From Hyaloraphidium curvatum SAG 235-1 (taxonomy: Eukaryota > Fungi > Monoblepharomycota), in NCBI GenBank assembly GCA_025558095.1, contig JAIVFI010000019.1:248001-312000 (forward strand): DNA of 64,000 nt, in the 5' to 3' direction. Shown here piece by piece: positions 61,689 through 64,000 of the stretch. Under the pieces are notes generated by a model, which was not told the DNA's origin, made no database searches, and was given only the letters and a program-made list of their open reading frames with translations. Numbering within the stretch: the stretch's first letter is position 1; each line of letters begins with the position of its first letter. The translations under genes were made by a program, and so were the position numbers.

Positions 61689-62156
61689 ATGTCTGCACAC
61701 TTGCGACCCTGCGCCCTCTCGCTCCGCCCTTCCTCCCTTCCTTCGAGAACACTGCTTCCGCGGGGGGCGTTCGCGGCGCCGCGGCACTTCTCCGCCGGCC
61801 CGCGCGCGCTGCAGAGCCAGCCGTTCCCCTTCTCGACCCCACCGGGGCCCATACCCCTGGGTGACAAGGAGCAGCAGCGGGAAATCGACGAAATGATCCG
61901 GCGCGGGGGCGTCGCCGAGGTTGGGTCGGGTTCGGAGGAGCTGGCCGATCTGGAGGACGCGAGGCATCGGGACGCCGAGAAGGAGCCCCTCAAGCCGTTC
62001 GAGAACGACATAAACCCGGTCACCGGAGAGAAGGGAGGCCCGCGCGGACCGGAACCTACGCGCTACGGCGACTGGGAACGGAAGGTGGGAAGTCTTGAAG
62101 GGCACTCTGCTCTGTCTTGACTTCCACTTCGTCAGGGTCGAGTGTACGACTTCTGA
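61689..62156 (+). CDS. SDH8: Succinate dehydrogenase assembly factor 4 (DUF1674)
   Basis: NPVTGEKGGPRGPEPTRYGDWERK|GRVYDF*; presequence-like N-terminus. Confidence 0.93.
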
Positions 62157-62328
62157 TCTGACAATTGATTTCGTTGATCAATGGCATTGTGCTCGCTACT
62201 GTGTCGTCCATGCCTTCGATGCTGCCTGACGGCGAGCTCGGGAGATGAGGGAGGGTCCAGCGTCATCAACGCGTTGTCCCCCACCTCGAACCGGGACCAC
62301 GCGCTACCGTGGGCGCTAGCCGTCGCCG

Positions 62329-64000
62329 ATGTCCGATCCCTCACGCGCCGGAACCAGCCGCGATGGTGCGGAGGCGGGACTCAGGAGACGAGCGGCCGCA
62401 AAGGCCGAGGAGGCGGCCGAAGACGCGCCTCCACCTGCACCGCCTCCGGAGGACGGTGACGGCGAGCTCATCCCCGTTTGGGTCATCCTCGTGTCCATCG
62501 GGTTGGGGCTCTGCATCCTATTTGCCTCTCTGGTGTACCTCTTCACCATGGCCCCCGGGATGCAGTGAGTAGGCGCGGTTCTGTCGCGCGGAGTGGTGTC
62601 AGCTCAACGGACGGTGAACGGGACAGGGACGGGACCTATTTCATGATCCACAACGCGCGAATCTATACCATGGACGAGAGGATGCCCCTGGCGAACGTTG
62701 CGGTGTTGCGCGGGGGCCGTTTCGTGGACGTGGGCGTCGAGGAGAACTTCGACATCATGGCCCGCCGTCACGGCAAGGCCAAAATGGTCGATCTACAGGG
62801 CCTGACCGTCCTGCCGGGACTTCATGACTCCCATCTACACATCCACCACCTCGGGAGCTCGTATCTGAACGTGCAGCTCCAGGGAGCAAAGAGCCTCGAC
62901 GGTTTGGGTGACCCTTCCTCATTGCGTGATCCCGGGAACTCATTCCCTCCGAAGAGGTCCGGGGTCGGATACGCCGCTACCTCGAGAACCCGCCGAAAGC
63001 GTTTGATCGTGGCAAGCAATGGGTGATCGGCATGGGCTGGGATCAGACCGTCATCGCCGACCTTCACGGACGCTTTCCCACTGCCGTAAGTCAAGCTGCT
63101 ACCTTTCACCGAGCTTCGTGTGAGATCGTGTTGGTCTCCAGGCCGATTTGGACGCGGATACCATCCTCGCCTCTGTCCCGATCTTGCTCTACCGGGTCGA
63201 CATCCATGCTTCATGGCTCAATGGGCGCGCTCTAAAGCTCGTGTCTGCAGAGTACCCCTTGTTGTTTGCGAAGGGCGGCCAGGCCATCGAGGGGGGAGAG
63301 ATTGCACGGCTACCGGACGGTTCGCCGAGCGGTGTTCTGATTGACAAAGCAATGAGGCTGGCAGAGGGCGTCAAGCCCAAACCGGGGAAAGACTGGGACG
63401 CCGAGGCCGTCAAGGTCGCAGGCGAAAAGATGGTACAGGTCGGGCTGACGACGGTGCAGGATGCCAGCGCAACGCCCCGATTCCTCGAGCTCTACAAGAG
63501 GTGGATTCTTCCTGGGGGCAGATTGATTTGGCCTGACTCTCGTGCCGCAGTGCCATCGATGCGGGAACCCTTCCGCTGCGCGTCTATGCAATGCTGCACT
63601 GCGAAGACGGCAGCACGTACTGCGGTGACGACTTTGACCAGCTTGACGGTTATGCCGATGGCAAGCTCACGCTCAAGAGCGTCAAGCTCTTCCTCGATGG
63701 TGCACTGGGGAGCTGGGGTGCTGCGATGTTCGAGCCTTATGCCGATCAAGCCAACAGCACCGGACTAGTCCAGATCGAGCCCGACGCATTCACGGAACTC
63801 GTTTGGGAGGTGAGCCACGGAACGCTGCGGATGGTTATAACTGCTCATGTCCCGCTTCAGTGGGTTCGCAACGGTTGGCAGGTCTGCTCGCATGCCATTG
63901 GCGACCGTGCAAACAACATGGCCTTGAACGCCTACGAGGAAGCGGGTCGGCGCGCTGCGGCAGCCAACTTCAACGCCTCGAGCCTTCGTTTGCGCGTCGA
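62329..64000 (+). CDS. YtcJ-like amidohydrolase (Amidohydro_3) with N-terminal TM anchor; runs off the window end
   Basis: HNARIYTMD, DLQGLTVLPGLHDSHLH, GMGWDQ, RVDIHASWLN, KLFLDGALGSWGA, HAIGDRAN. Confidence 0.9.

Noticed and set aside
1323-64000. Introner-like repeated introns or non-canonical splice sites
   Set aside because: The introns I traced were GT-AG with degenerate donors (GTGGGT, GTGCGT, GTTGGT, GTAGGT) and no shared internal sequence; an all-vs-all intron alignment would be needed to exclude this fully.

Overview
This is eukaryotic DNA: GC-rich, gene-dense, with many short (mostly 45-70 nt) GT-AG introns, so the six-frame ORFs are exon fragments. Gene content (PMT mannosyltransferase, Hst3/4-type sirtuin, Bro1, doublecortin-domain protein, GTP-type PEPCK) points to an early-diverging, chytrid-grade fungus; this is an inference. 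About 34 protein-coding genes can be assembled by eye. Most are housekeeping (SMC6, RPN9, HSP90, RPC2, PMT, PRE8, SEC20, ArfGAP, BRO1, GLY1, sirtuin, ABC1 kinase, TSR2, PEPCK, SDH8). No rRNA, tRNA, CRISPR array or intact transposon was recognised. Notable points: (1) a ~0.7 kb mosaic duplicate of the HSP90 3' end and the HSP90/RPC2 junction, which keeps an ORF for the Hsp90 C-terminal domain alone, ending MEEVD-C; (2) a 20-bp minisatellite flanked by 21-bp direct repeats, present in only one copy; (3) an apparent 2-nt frameshift in full-length HSP90 and a similar one in an F-box-like orphan; (4) intron-bearing genes of bacterial appearance (GNAT, serine esterase, cupin); (5) a triple-DCX protein; (6) very short intergenic gaps. 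All gene models were derived manually, so exon boundaries are approximate.
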